From positions 1 to 62,896 of the forward strand of contig JBGPOW010000002.1 in assembly GCA_041488235.1 (NCBI GenBank): a stretch of DNA of 62,896 bases. The letters run 5' to 3'. Below the pieces are notes generated by a model. The model ran no database searches. It was not told where the DNA came from and saw nothing but the letters and a program-made list of their open reading frames with translations. Shown in pieces: positions 43,986 to 53,822 of this stretch. This stretch comes from Candidatus Binatia bacterium. Its GTDB lineage: Bacteria > Desulfobacterota > Binatia > UTPRO1. Position 1 is the stretch's first letter. Each line of letters opens with the position of its first letter. The translations under genes and the position numbers were made by a program.

Positions 43986-45434
43986 ATGACCGTCGCGGCT
44001 TTTCCGGGTGTCGCGGCCGGGCGCGGGGCACGCGTTGCGGCGCCGAACATCCTCTGGTCGGTCGCGGCGCTCTGCGTCCTCGGCGCGCTGCTCGTCGTCG
44101 CGACCGTTCTCGGTTTCGAGATCCCGGCGATCGGCATGATGGTCGTGATCGCCGTCCTGGCGACCGTCGTCGTGCAGCCTTCGATCGGCGTCCTGATGCT
44201 GACCGCGAATTTCCTGATCGCCAGCTACCCGAGCCCGATTCGCGGCGAGGGGCTGCTCACGATCAACAATATCCTCGGCATCATCCTCGCCGTCCTGATG
44301 GTGGCGCAGCTGGCGCAGCATCCGGACTTCTGGTTCCTGCGCGTCCGCCAGTTTTACGTGCTCCTCGCGATCGGCACGATCTTCGTCGTCGGGACCTTCA
44401 TCTCGTACCACAACTTTCCCAGCCTGCGGGTGAGCATCGGGCGACGGCGGTTGCTCGATCAGACCGGTCCGATGGCGCTGGACTTCATCACACATCTCTC
44501 CTTCTTGATCCTGACGCTGCAATTCATCGTGCAAAAGCGCGATATGAAGCGGTTGATCACCGTCGCGGGCATGTGCCTCATCATGGTGGTCCCGTCCGCG
44601 CTCCTCGGCTACGCGTCGGGTCATGCGTACGCGGGGTATCGCGCCGCCGCGGACTTCTCCGCCGCGACGAACTCGAACCGCCTCGCCTTCTTCTGCCTCA
44701 TTCAGATCGCGTTTTGGTGGTACTTCATGCGCACCGATCCCTCGCCGGCGCGTACCGTGCTCGCCGGCGGAATCATCGCGACATTGATCTTCACCGTGTT
44801 TCTCACCGCCTCACGCAGCGGTGTGATCGGCCTCGGCGTTCTCTTCTACATGCTGACGAAGACCCGCGGCGCCATGAGTGGCGGGCGCTGGCAGGTGGTG
44901 GCGGTCGCGATCATCGCTGTCGGCCTCTTGATGACGGTGATTCCGCAGGAGAACCTCGAACGCATCCAGAATCTCAACCCGTTCGCGACTGGGACGCGCG
45001 AGGTGGGCAGTCATTCGACCGAGCGCCGCGTCGAGACGATCGAGCTCGGCTGGCGCATCTTCCACGACTATCCGTGGTTCGGTGTCGGCCTCGGCAACTT
45101 CCGCGAGGTCGCGCGGCAGATCTACGTCGATCCCTATTGGCGTCCGCCGCACAACTCCTACGTCTGGTCGCTCTCCGAGGGTGGCATCTTCTGCTTCCTG
45201 CTGTACCTTCTGCTCTTCTGGTACACGTGGCGCGACGTGAAATGGCTGCAACGCTCCCCGGCCGTGCCGCACGATCTCGCGTGGATCGTCGCCGCGCTTC
45301 CGCCGTGCATGGTGATGCTGCTCTTCTTCAGCGCGTTCGCCGACATTTGGCTGAGTCCGATCACGTACATCGTGATGGGCTTCGCGATCGCGCTGCGGCA
45401 TTACGTGAGTGCGCGCCGTGTCGTCCTCGTCTGA
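43986..45434 (+). CDS. O-antigen ligase/polymerase-family (Wzy_C) polytopic membrane protein
   Basis: At least 10 TM helices, with TASRSGVIGLG followed by a large periplasmic loop (HDYPWFGVGLGNF) typical of Wzy_C. Confidence 0.8.
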   Translation: MTVAAFPGVAAGRGARVAAPNILWSVAALCVLGALLVVATVLGFEIPAIGMMVVIAVLATVVVQPSIGVLMLTANFLIASYPSPIRGEGLLTINNILGIILAVLMVAQLAQHPDFWFLRVRQFYVLLAIGTIFVVGTFISYHNFPSLRVSIGRRRLLDQTGPMALDFITHLSFLILTLQFIVQKRDMKRLITVAGMCLIMVVPSALLGYASGHAYAGYRAAADFSAATNSNRLAFFCLIQIAFWWYFMRTDPSPARTVLAGGIIATLIFTVFLTASRSGVIGLGVLFYMLTKTRGAMSGGRWQVVAVAIIAVGLLMTVIPQENLERIQNLNPFATGTREVGSHSTERRVETIELGWRIFHDYPWFGVGLGNFREVARQIYVDPYWRPPHNSYVWSLSEGGIFCFLLYLLLFWYTWRDVKWLQRSPAVPHDLAWIVAALPPCMVMLLFFSAFADIWLSPITYIVMGFAIALRHYVSARRVVLV

Positions 45435-46593
45435 GCGCGCGCCGCGGACGATTGCGTTCTTCCCGCCGCGGTTGGTGACCGGAGGCACGCAGCGCCACTT
45501 GCTCGAGGTGCTGAAGTTCCTCGACCGCGGCCGTTTTCGTCCGATCGTGATCAGCGCCAAGAGCGGCGGCGAGCTCGGGACCGCGATCGAGGCGTCGGGT
45601 GTCGAGCTCGTGCGCCTCGACCTCGGCGAGCGCGTGATCAGCGCCGACATGGTGCGCTGCGTGCGCGCGACCGCAGCGCTCTTCCGCGCCCGCGACGTCG
45701 ACGTCGTGCAGTGCTTCCAATGGCGGCCGGCACTCATCGGGATGGCGGCGGCGCGGCTCGCGGGGCGCGGGCGCGTCGTCGCCGGCCGGCGCAGCGCACC
45801 AGTCGAACGCGGCGTGCGCGGGCTCTTGGAAGACCTCGTCGTCCGGCTCGCCGATCGCGTCGTCGTGAATGCGGAAGCGCTGCGGCCGCGCGGCGCGGCG
45901 GCGGCGCGCACCGACGTGATCCCGAGCGGCGTCGACACCGACGTCTTTCGGCCGCGCCCGGAAGCGCGCGCGGCGGCGCGTGGGCGTCTCGGCGTCGGAA
46001 GCGGCGAGCCGGTGATCGGCACCGTCGGCCGTCTCGAGGCGCGCAAAGGGACGGCGACGCTCCTCGAGGCGGCGGCGCGCCTCGCAAAAAAAGGTCTTTC
46101 CGATCTTCGGGTCGTAGTGGTAGGTGATGGACCGCTCCGCGACGAGCTTCCCGCGCTCGCCGCACGGCTCGGCATCGCCGATCGGGTCGTCATGCTCGGC
46201 GACCGCTCGGACGTTCCGGAAATATTGGCAGCGCTCGACGTCTTCGTCTTGCCTTCGCGCACCGAGGGCATGTCGAACGCGCTGCTGGAGGCGATGGCGA
46301 CGGCGCTGCCGGTCGTCGCGACGGCGGTGGGCGGGAATCCCGAGGTAGTGGCGGCGGAGACAACTGGCGTGCTCGTTCCCCCTGACGACGTGATCGCGAT
46401 GGCTGATGCCGTGCTGCGGCTCCTGACGACGCCGACCCTTGCGAGCCAGCTCGGGAGCGCCGCGCGGCGCCACGTGGAGGAACGCTACGGCGCGCGCGCG
46501 ATGGTCCGTCGCCTCGAGGCGGTCTATGCGGCGGTCGCCGACGCGGCGCCGCTCTCGGTCGGCCGTGCGGCGGCGGTCAACGGGCGGGCATGA
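45409..46593 (+). CDS. GT4-family glycosyltransferase
   Basis: GGTQRHLLE at the N-terminus and GRLEARKGT...PSRTEGMSNALLEAMATALPVVATAVGGNPEVV at the C-terminus. The start is GTG 45409 or GTG 45418. Confidence 0.88.
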   Translation: MRAVSSSSERAPRTIAFFPPRLVTGGTQRHLLEVLKFLDRGRFRPIVISAKSGGELGTAIEASGVELVRLDLGERVISADMVRCVRATAALFRARDVDVVQCFQWRPALIGMAAARLAGRGRVVAGRRSAPVERGVRGLLEDLVVRLADRVVVNAEALRPRGAAAARTDVIPSGVDTDVFRPRPEARAAARGRLGVGSGEPVIGTVGRLEARKGTATLLEAAARLAKKGLSDLRVVVVGDGPLRDELPALAARLGIADRVVMLGDRSDVPEILAALDVFVLPSRTEGMSNALLEAMATALPVVATAVGGNPEVVAAETTGVLVPPDDVIAMADAVLRLLTTPTLASQLGSAARRHVEERYGARAMVRRLEAVYAAVADAAPLSVGRAAAVNGRA

Positions 46594-46618
46594 GCTTGGA
46601 CTCGGAGGTGTGTCGCTG

Positions 46619-48289
46619 ATGGCGTCGATTTCTCGGATGGTGGTGGTCGGCCTCGACGGCGCGACCTTCCACCTCATCAAGCCCTGGGTGGAAGCCGGGA
46701 AGCTGCCGACGTTCGCGCGGCTCCTCGCCGAGGGTGCGCACGCCGATCTCCGCAGCACGCTTCCCGCGCTGACGCCTCCGGCGTGGACCTCGGCGGCGAC
46801 GGGAAAGAACCCGGGCAAACACAACATCTACAACTTCTACAAGGTGAGCGACGGCGGCACCGGCAAGCTGCCGCTCACGCCCGCCGATCTCCGCAGCCGG
46901 CGCGTGTGGGACATCGCCAATGCGTACGGGAAGCGGGCGGGCGTCGTGCACCTGCCGCTCACCTATCCCTGCGAGCAGCTCGACGGCTTCGTCGTCTCCG
47001 GGATCATGACGCCGAAGGGCGTCGACGACTACACCCATCCGCCCGAGCTGCGCGACGAGCTCCGCGCCAACGTCGACGGCTATCGCTTCGACGTCGACGC
47101 CGACGCGCTGAAAGTCGGCGACCTACGTGCGTTCGCCGCCGACGCCTTCGAGCTGCAACGGATCCAGAGCGCCGAGACGCTGTACCTGCTCGAGCACAAG
47201 CAGTGGGATCTCCTGTGGGTGATGTTCCATACGCTCGACAAGGTGCAGCACTTCTTCTGGCATCTGATGGACCCGGCGCATCCTGCGCATCCCGGTCCGA
47301 GCGACCTCGGCGACACGATCCTGCGCTTCCATCAGCTCCTCGACCAGACGCTCGCCGACATCCTCGCCCGGCTCGACGACGACACCGGCCTGATGGTGAT
47401 GTCGGATCACGGCTCGTGTCCGCTGGAGTCGTATTTCCTCGTGATGAATTGGCTCGAGGACACCGGCTTCCTCCGCATGAAGGGTGCCGGGTCATCGCCG
47501 TTGAAACGCGCGCTCGGTGGCATGGGCGTCGAGGCGCGCGGCGTCGTGCAGCGGCTGCGCCGCGCGGGGCTCGGCTGGGTGCCGCGGCTCGTGCCGTCGC
47601 GCTTGAAGGCGCAGGTGCCGCTCGCACGGGCGTCGTTCGCGCGCATCGCGCCGCACATCGATTGGGCGGGGACGCGCGTCTACTGCCCGTCGGCCCCGGG
47701 GAGCGGCCTGCGCGTCAATCTCCGCGGTCGCGAGGCGCAAGGAACCGTCGCGTCCGAGGACTACGACCGCGTGTGCGAGGACGTGCGCGCGCGTCTGCTG
47801 ACGATCGTCGATCCGACGACGGGGCGGCGCGTGATTCGTGCGGTGCACCGTCGCGAGGAGATCTACGCCGGGCCGCATCTCGAGAACGCGCCGGATCTCT
47901 TGGTGGAGACGGCGGATCCGTATTGTCTCATCGAGGGTATGGGTCCGGCGGCGATCGTGCCGTCGGGGCAGAACGACGGCGAGCGCACCGGTAATCACCT
48001 GCGCGACGGGATCTTCCTCCTCGCCGGCGCCGCCGCGCGCCACGGCGCCGCGCTGCCGACGCTGGACATTTGCGACGTCGCGCCGACCCTGCTGCACCTC
48101 CTCGACCTGCCGGTGCAGGAGGACATGGACGGCGCCGTGGCGCAGGCGGCGCTGACACGAGAGTTCCTCGCCGCGCGTCCGGTGCGCACCGACCAGCTGC
48201 CGCCGCCCGCCGAAGCGCCCGCCGTCGAGATGAGCGACAGCGACCGGCAAGCGATCGAAGGCATGCTCGAGGGCCTGGGATACCTGTGA
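46619..48289 (+). CDS. alkaline-phosphatase-superfamily protein (type I phosphodiesterase/nucleotide pyrophosphatase-like), copy 1
   Basis: VVVGLDGAT (metal Asp), nucleophile region LPALTPPAWTSAATG, and VMSDHG. SD GGAGGTG lies before ATG 46619. Confidence 0.85.
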   Translation: MASISRMVVVGLDGATFHLIKPWVEAGKLPTFARLLAEGAHADLRSTLPALTPPAWTSAATGKNPGKHNIYNFYKVSDGGTGKLPLTPADLRSRRVWDIANAYGKRAGVVHLPLTYPCEQLDGFVVSGIMTPKGVDDYTHPPELRDELRANVDGYRFDVDADALKVGDLRAFAADAFELQRIQSAETLYLLEHKQWDLLWVMFHTLDKVQHFFWHLMDPAHPAHPGPSDLGDTILRFHQLLDQTLADILARLDDDTGLMVMSDHGSCPLESYFLVMNWLEDTGFLRMKGAGSSPLKRALGGMGVEARGVVQRLRRAGLGWVPRLVPSRLKAQVPLARASFARIAPHIDWAGTRVYCPSAPGSGLRVNLRGREAQGTVASEDYDRVCEDVRARLLTIVDPTTGRRVIRAVHRREEIYAGPHLENAPDLLVETADPYCLIEGMGPAAIVPSGQNDGERTGNHLRDGIFLLAGAAARHGAALPTLDICDVAPTLLHLLDLPVQEDMDGAVAQAALTREFLAARPVRTDQLPPPAEAPAVEMSDSDRQAIEGMLEGLGYL

Positions 48290-49092
48290 GCGGCGCGCCG
48301 ATCTTCATCTATCACGATCTCGTCGACGGCGCCGACGCGCTGGCCGCGATCGCGCCCGCGCATCGACCATACGTCCTCACGCGGCCGCAGTTCGTCGCGC
48401 ACCTCGACGCACTTGCCGCGGCCGACGTCGGAGCGGTTCCGCGGGCGAGCACCGTGAGCGAGGTCCTCGATGCCCCGACGCGCGGCCGCTTCGTGCTGTC
48501 GTTCGACGACGGCCATGAGAGCAGCTACGCGAAGATCTTTCCGTTGCTCGCCGCGCGTCGCTGGCCGGCGACGTTCTTCATCGTCGCGGGTTGGGTCGGG
48601 ACGCGTGACGCAGTCACGTGGTCGCAGCTCCGCGCGATGGCCGACGCGGGCATGGAGATCGGCAGCCACTCGCTGACGCACGCCTCGATCCAAGGCGCGT
48701 CGGCGGCGGAGATCCGTCGCGAGTTCGGCGATTCGAAGCGCATGCTCGAGGACGGCCTCGGGCGGGCGGTCACGGTCGCGTCACTGCCGCGCGGCAGCGC
48801 CGAGCGGCGCGCGGCGGCGATTCTCGCCGAGCTCGGGTATCGCGCGTTCTGTACGAGCGCGCCGGGACTGATCTCGCCGGCGACCGATCCGCTCGACGCA
48901 CCGCGTATTGCCATGAAATGGAAGACGTCGGCAGCTTTCGTCACTCGCGTCCTCGCCGGTCACCGTCTGACACTCACCCGCTTGCGCTCCTCCTACGCCC
49001 TGAAAGCGCTCGGCAAGCGTGTCGTCGGACTCGACCGCTGGCGACGGGTGCGCGGCGCGATGGTCGCGGGGACGGCGCGGGCCGGGCTGTGA
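48286..49092 (+). CDS. polysaccharide deacetylase (NodB/CE4), copy 1
   Basis: LSFDDGHES, FFIV, and GSHSLTH motifs. GTG overlaps the upstream stop (GTGA). Confidence 0.85.
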   Translation: MSGAPIFIYHDLVDGADALAAIAPAHRPYVLTRPQFVAHLDALAAADVGAVPRASTVSEVLDAPTRGRFVLSFDDGHESSYAKIFPLLAARRWPATFFIVAGWVGTRDAVTWSQLRAMADAGMEIGSHSLTHASIQGASAAEIRREFGDSKRMLEDGLGRAVTVASLPRGSAERRAAAILAELGYRAFCTSAPGLISPATDPLDAPRIAMKWKTSAAFVTRVLAGHRLTLTRLRSSYALKALGKRVVGLDRWRRVRGAMVAGTARAGL

Positions 49093-49120
49093 GCACGAAC
49101 GGATGAAGGAGAACGTGTCG

Positions 49121-50776
49121 ATGAAGGTGTTGGTGATCGGTCTCGACGGCATGACGTTCGACGTCGCGCGTCCGCTGATGGACGCCGGCGAGATGCCGAC
49201 GCTCGCGGCGCTCGAGCAGCGCGGCGTCAGCGGCACGTTGCTGTCGACGTATCCGCCGATCTCAGCGCCTGCGTGGGTGACGTTTCTCACCGGCAACAAT
49301 CCGGGACGCCACGGAGTCTACAATTTTCAGAACCTCGATCTCTCGCGCTACTCGAGCTTCAGCGAGACGCTCGTCAACTCCAGCTACTTCCGCGGCAAGA
49401 CGCTCCTCGATCATGCCGGCGCCGAAGGGAAGCGCATTCTCGCGTACCGCATCCCGCTCACGTATCCGGCGTGGCCGGTGAACGGCCTGCTGATCTCGGG
49501 CCCGCCGACGCCCGATCGCAAGCGTGCGTATGCCGCACCCGCGGACGCCGCGAGCGAGCTGCCGCCGATGACGCTCCTCTCGCACGACGAGCTGGCGCGC
49601 GCGAAGCGGGCAGGGGACGTCGCGGCGATCGACGCCTGCAACGCCTACGAGCTGAAGGTGATGGATCAGATCACCCGCCGCGCGATCGACGACGGTACCG
49701 ACGTGATCGTCACGTTCACGGGCATTCCTGACGGCCTGCATCATTCGTTTTGGCACCTGCACGACCCGCGCTCGCCGCTGCACGACCCGGCGGCGTCCCA
49801 GCACGACCAGAGCGTCATTCGCCGCTGGTACGCCGAGATCGATCGCATGATCGCCGGCTGGCTCGCCGGGCTCGGCGAGGAGTGGGCGGTGATCGTGCTC
49901 TCGGATCATGGCGGCGGTCCGGCGCCGACGCGCTACTTCAACGTCAATCATGTTCTCGCTCAGCGTGGCTACCTGAAGCCGACGAGCGCGTCGCGCGCGC
50001 GCGTCGCGCGTCTCGTCAGCCGCCAGGTGAACGCGCTCCGCCGCCGCGTGCCGGGCAAGGTCTGGCTGAAGAACCATCTCCCGGCGCGGTTGAAGTCACA
50101 GGTGCGCCAGTTGCGAAACGGCACCGGCCGCATCGAGTGGCCGGCAACGCGTGCGTACGCGGTGCCGATCTTCTTCCCGGTGACCGGCATCAATCTGAAC
50201 GTCCGCGGACGCCAACCGCAAGGAATCGTCGAGCCGGGCGCGGAGTACGAGCGCGTGCGGGCGGAGATCATGGCCGCCGTCGCCGAGGCTCGGGACCCCA
50301 CGACGGGCACGCCGCTCTGCCGGCGCGTGCTGCGCAAGGAGGACGTCCTCGCCGGCCCGCATCTGGACAACGTGCCGGACATTCTGCTCGTCACCGCCGA
50401 AGGCATCGACGGTGGCCACGACGTCGACGAGCTCCTCGCGCCGGTCCCCGAGGCGGCGCTGCGAAACGTCAGCGGCTCGCACACGATGGAGGGCATCTTC
50501 TTCGCCGCGGGCGCGCCGTTTCGAACGGGGAAGCAGCTCGCGAGCGTCGATCTCGGCGACATCTTGCCGACCGCGCTGCACCTCGCCGGCGTGGCGATTC
50601 CGGAGGGCATCGACGGCACCGTACTGTCGGAGGCGCTCGCGCCCGAGTACCTCGCGGCACACCCGATCGCGACGACGAGCGCGCGCGTGGGCGGCGGTGA
50701 CGACGGCGACGCGCTCTCGGCCGGCGAGGAGCACGAGATGCGGAAGTTCCTCCAAGACCTGGGATACATCGAGTAG
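49121..50776 (+). CDS. alkaline-phosphatase-superfamily protein, copy 2
   Basis: KVLVIGLDGMT, YPPISAPAWVTFLTG and VLSDHGG are collinear with copy 1, including the C-terminal L..LGY tail. AAGGAG lies 9 nt before ATG 49121; ATG 49103 is an alternative. Confidence 0.85.
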   Translation: MKVLVIGLDGMTFDVARPLMDAGEMPTLAALEQRGVSGTLLSTYPPISAPAWVTFLTGNNPGRHGVYNFQNLDLSRYSSFSETLVNSSYFRGKTLLDHAGAEGKRILAYRIPLTYPAWPVNGLLISGPPTPDRKRAYAAPADAASELPPMTLLSHDELARAKRAGDVAAIDACNAYELKVMDQITRRAIDDGTDVIVTFTGIPDGLHHSFWHLHDPRSPLHDPAASQHDQSVIRRWYAEIDRMIAGWLAGLGEEWAVIVLSDHGGGPAPTRYFNVNHVLAQRGYLKPTSASRARVARLVSRQVNALRRRVPGKVWLKNHLPARLKSQVRQLRNGTGRIEWPATRAYAVPIFFPVTGINLNVRGRQPQGIVEPGAEYERVRAEIMAAVAEARDPTTGTPLCRRVLRKEDVLAGPHLDNVPDILLVTAEGIDGGHDVDELLAPVPEAALRNVSGSHTMEGIFFAAGAPFRTGKQLASVDLGDILPTALHLAGVAIPEGIDGTVLSEALAPEYLAAHPIATTSARVGGGDDGDALSAGEEHEMRKFLQDLGYIE

Positions 50777-50779
50777 CGC

Positions 50780-51826
50780 ATGTCCTCGCGTGCCATCAGT
50801 CGCCTGCGCGACGCCAGCAAGGTCGCCGCCCACCACCTCGGCGTGCTGGCCGTGCTGCGCCGCCTCGTCCGTCGCGATCGCGCGATCGTGCTGCGCTACC
50901 ACGCGGTCGCGCCCGACGAGACGCCGTTTCCCGCGTACGCCGGTCCGGAGATCACCATCCCGCGGGCGCTCTTCGCCGCGCAGATGCGCTTCGTGCGCCG
51001 CTCGTACACGGCGGTGCCGCTGGCGACGATCGCCGACGCCGTGGCACGAGGCGAGGCGCCGCCCGCGGGGACGGTCGCGATCACGCTCGACGACGGCTAC
51101 GCCGACAACTACGAGCAGGCGTTCCCGGTGCTGCGCGCCCTCGGCCTGCCGGCGACCGTGTACGTCGTTACCGAGACGCTCGACGACGGCCCGGCGCTCT
51201 GGATGTCGGAGCTGCGTGCGGCGGTCGTCGCGAGCCGCGCCCGCTCCTTGCGGGTCGAGATCGGCGGCGGCTACGAGTTCGCGCTCGGCGGCGAGCTCGA
51301 GCGCCGGCACGCCATCAAGGAGCTGACGAACCTGCTCGTGCCCGTCGACGCGGCGCTGCGACGCCGCATCCTGGCGACGATTCGCCACGAGCTCGCGGTG
51401 AACGGCAACGCCGACCTCGCGCACACGGTGCTCTCCGCGGCGCAGATCCGCGAATTGCACGCCGCCGGCATCACCATCGGCGCCCACTCGCAAACGCACA
51501 GCAACATGACGCTCGTCTCCCCGGATCAGGCGCGCGCCGAAATCGGCGGCTCGCGCGACCGGCTCGAGGCGCTCCTCGGCGCGCCGGTCCGCGACTTCGC
51601 GTATCCCAACGCCGGCGGACGGTACCCGCACTGCAACGACACCGTGGCGAACATCGTGCGGCAGCTCGGCTTCCGCTCGGCGGTGACGTCGCATCCGGGC
51701 GTGATCGGCGCCGGCGCGAATCCCTTTCTCCTGCCGCGCCTCGGCGTCGCGCCGCGCCTCTACCGCGAGGCGGCGCTGGCGGTCACGATCGAGCGCTATC
51801 GGCTGTTTGCCGAGGCGTCCGCATGA
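50780..51826 (+). CDS. polysaccharide deacetylase (NodB/CE4), copy 2, with ~70-aa insertion
   Basis: ITLDDGYADN, TVYVV and GAHSQTH motifs, in 348 aa. Confidence 0.85.
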   Translation: MSSRAISRLRDASKVAAHHLGVLAVLRRLVRRDRAIVLRYHAVAPDETPFPAYAGPEITIPRALFAAQMRFVRRSYTAVPLATIADAVARGEAPPAGTVAITLDDGYADNYEQAFPVLRALGLPATVYVVTETLDDGPALWMSELRAAVVASRARSLRVEIGGGYEFALGGELERRHAIKELTNLLVPVDAALRRRILATIRHELAVNGNADLAHTVLSAAQIRELHAAGITIGAHSQTHSNMTLVSPDQARAEIGGSRDRLEALLGAPVRDFAYPNAGGRYPHCNDTVANIVRQLGFRSAVTSHPGVIGAGANPFLLPRLGVAPRLYREAALAVTIERYRLFAEASA

Positions 51827-51851
51827 AGCGCGGACTCGGGAGCGTGCGCTG

Positions 51852-53810
51852 ATGTGCGGCATCGTCGGCGTGTGGCGTGGCGCGGGCGGCGTGCCCGTCG
51901 CAGAGGAGACCCTACGGCGGATGAACGCCGCGATCGTGCATCGCGGGCCCGACGACGAGGGGATCTTCGTCGACGGCAGCGTCGGCATGGGGATGCGCCG
52001 CCTCAGCATCAACGACCTCGCAGGCGGTCATCAGCCGCTGGCGAACGAGGACGGCTCGGTCGTCGTCGTGTGCAACGGTGAGATCTACAACTCCCCCGAC
52101 CTGCGCCGCGAGCTCGAGGCGAAGGGGCATCACATGCCGTCGCACTCCGACGTCGCGGTGATCCCGCACCTCTACGAGGAGCGGGGCGACGACTTCGTCG
52201 CGGCGCTCGACGGCATGTTCGCGCTCGCGCTCTGGGACCGTCGCCGGCGGCGGCTGGTGATCGCCCGCGATCGGCTCGGCATCAAGCCGCTCTACGTCGC
52301 GGAGCGCGGCGGCGCGCTTGCGTTCGCGTCGGAAGTGACGGCGCTCGTCGCCGACGGTTGGTGCGAAACGATCGACTTCGCGAGTCTCCACCACTATCTC
52401 GCGCTCGGCTACGTTCCGTCGCCGGGCAGCATCTTCGCCGACGTCCGCAAGCTCGAGCCGGGTACGCAGCTCACCATCGACGAGGGCCGACCGCCGGTCT
52501 CGCGCCGCTACTGGGAGCTGCGCTTCGCGCCGGCGGCGCGCACGCGCAGCGATGACGACTACGCCGACGAGGTGCTGACGACGCTGCGCGCGGCGGTGAA
52601 GAGCCATCTTCTCTCCGACGTGCCGGTCGGCGTCTTTCTGTCGGGCGGCGTCGACTCGAGCGGCCTCGTCGCGCTCATGAGCGAGGTCGCCGGGCAGCGC
52701 ATCCAGACCTTCTCCGTCGGCTTCGAGGAGAAGACGTTCGACGAGCTCGACCTCGCGCGCGAGGTGGCGCGCCGCTACGGCACCGACCATCACGAGCTCG
52801 TCGTCCGTCCGGACGCGATTCGCATCCTGCCGGCACTCGTGCGGCACTTCGGCGAGCCGTTCGCCGACTCGTCGGCGGTCCCGGTGTACTACGTCTCCGA
52901 GCTCGCCCATCGCAACGTGAAGGTGGTGCTCTCGGGGGAGGGCGGCGACGAGGTGTTCGCCGGCTACGAGACGTATCTCGCCGGCAAGTACTCCGCGCTC
53001 TATCGCCGTCTGCCCGCGGTGATCGGCCGCACGCTGATTCCGGCGCTCGTCGACCGGCTGCCGGTGTCGCATGCCCGCGTCAGTCTCGACTACAAGGCGA
53101 AGCGCTTCGTCCGTGGCGCGCACTTGCCGCTCGCCGACGGGCACTTCTGGTGGAAGGTCGTCCTTTCCGAGGCGGTCCAGTCCGAGCTCTGCGTCGGCGC
53201 AGCGCGGAACGGCGCGCTCGAGACCGCGGCGCTCTTCCGCGCCGCGGCGGCGCGCGCCGGCAGCGACGATTGGCTGGCGCAGCTGCAGGCGATCGACGCC
53301 CACGTGTACCTTCCGGACAACATTCTCACCAAAGCCGACCGCATGAGCATGGCGCACTCGCTCGAGGCGCGTGTGCCGTATCTCGACCGCGCGCTCGTGG
53401 AGCTCGCGGCGCGGCTGCCGAGCGATCTCAAGTTGCGACGCTTTACGAAGAAGTACGTGCTGAAGCACGCGCTCAGAAACCACGTGCCGGCGGCGATCCT
53501 GCGCGCCAAGAAGCGCGGCTTCAACGTCCCGGTGCCGTCGTGGTTGCGCGGCGAGCTGCGCGGCATGCTCGAGGACGTGCTGGCGCCGGCCGCTCTACGT
53601 CGCGTCGGACTCTTCGACCCAGCGTACGTGCAGCGCTTGATCGCCGAACACGTCGGAATGCAGTTCGACCACAGCCGTCCGCTGTGGACCTTGCTCATCT
53701 TCATGACCTGGCACGAGGAGTGGCAACGGATGCGCGCTGCGGTGGAGCGCGATCCGGCTCCCTCGTTCGCCCCGGCCCGTCTGCCCTCGGCAGCGGGCGT
53801 TCGCAGTTGA
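51852..53810 (+). CDS. asnB: asparagine synthase (glutamine-hydrolysing)-type amidotransferase, copy 2
   Basis: MCGIVG N-terminus and PP-loop LSGGVDSS. Collinear with copy 1. Confidence 0.92.
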   Translation: MCGIVGVWRGAGGVPVAEETLRRMNAAIVHRGPDDEGIFVDGSVGMGMRRLSINDLAGGHQPLANEDGSVVVVCNGEIYNSPDLRRELEAKGHHMPSHSDVAVIPHLYEERGDDFVAALDGMFALALWDRRRRRLVIARDRLGIKPLYVAERGGALAFASEVTALVADGWCETIDFASLHHYLALGYVPSPGSIFADVRKLEPGTQLTIDEGRPPVSRRYWELRFAPAARTRSDDDYADEVLTTLRAAVKSHLLSDVPVGVFLSGGVDSSGLVALMSEVAGQRIQTFSVGFEEKTFDELDLAREVARRYGTDHHELVVRPDAIRILPALVRHFGEPFADSSAVPVYYVSELAHRNVKVVLSGEGGDEVFAGYETYLAGKYSALYRRLPAVIGRTLIPALVDRLPVSHARVSLDYKAKRFVRGAHLPLADGHFWWKVVLSEAVQSELCVGAARNGALETAALFRAAAARAGSDDWLAQLQAIDAHVYLPDNILTKADRMSMAHSLEARVPYLDRALVELAARLPSDLKLRRFTKKYVLKHALRNHVPAAILRAKKRGFNVPVPSWLRGELRGMLEDVLAPAALRRVGLFDPAYVQRLIAEHVGMQFDHSRPLWTLLIFMTWHEEWQRMRAAVERDPAPSFAPARLPSAAGVRS

Positions 53811-53822
53811 CCTGAGGCCACC

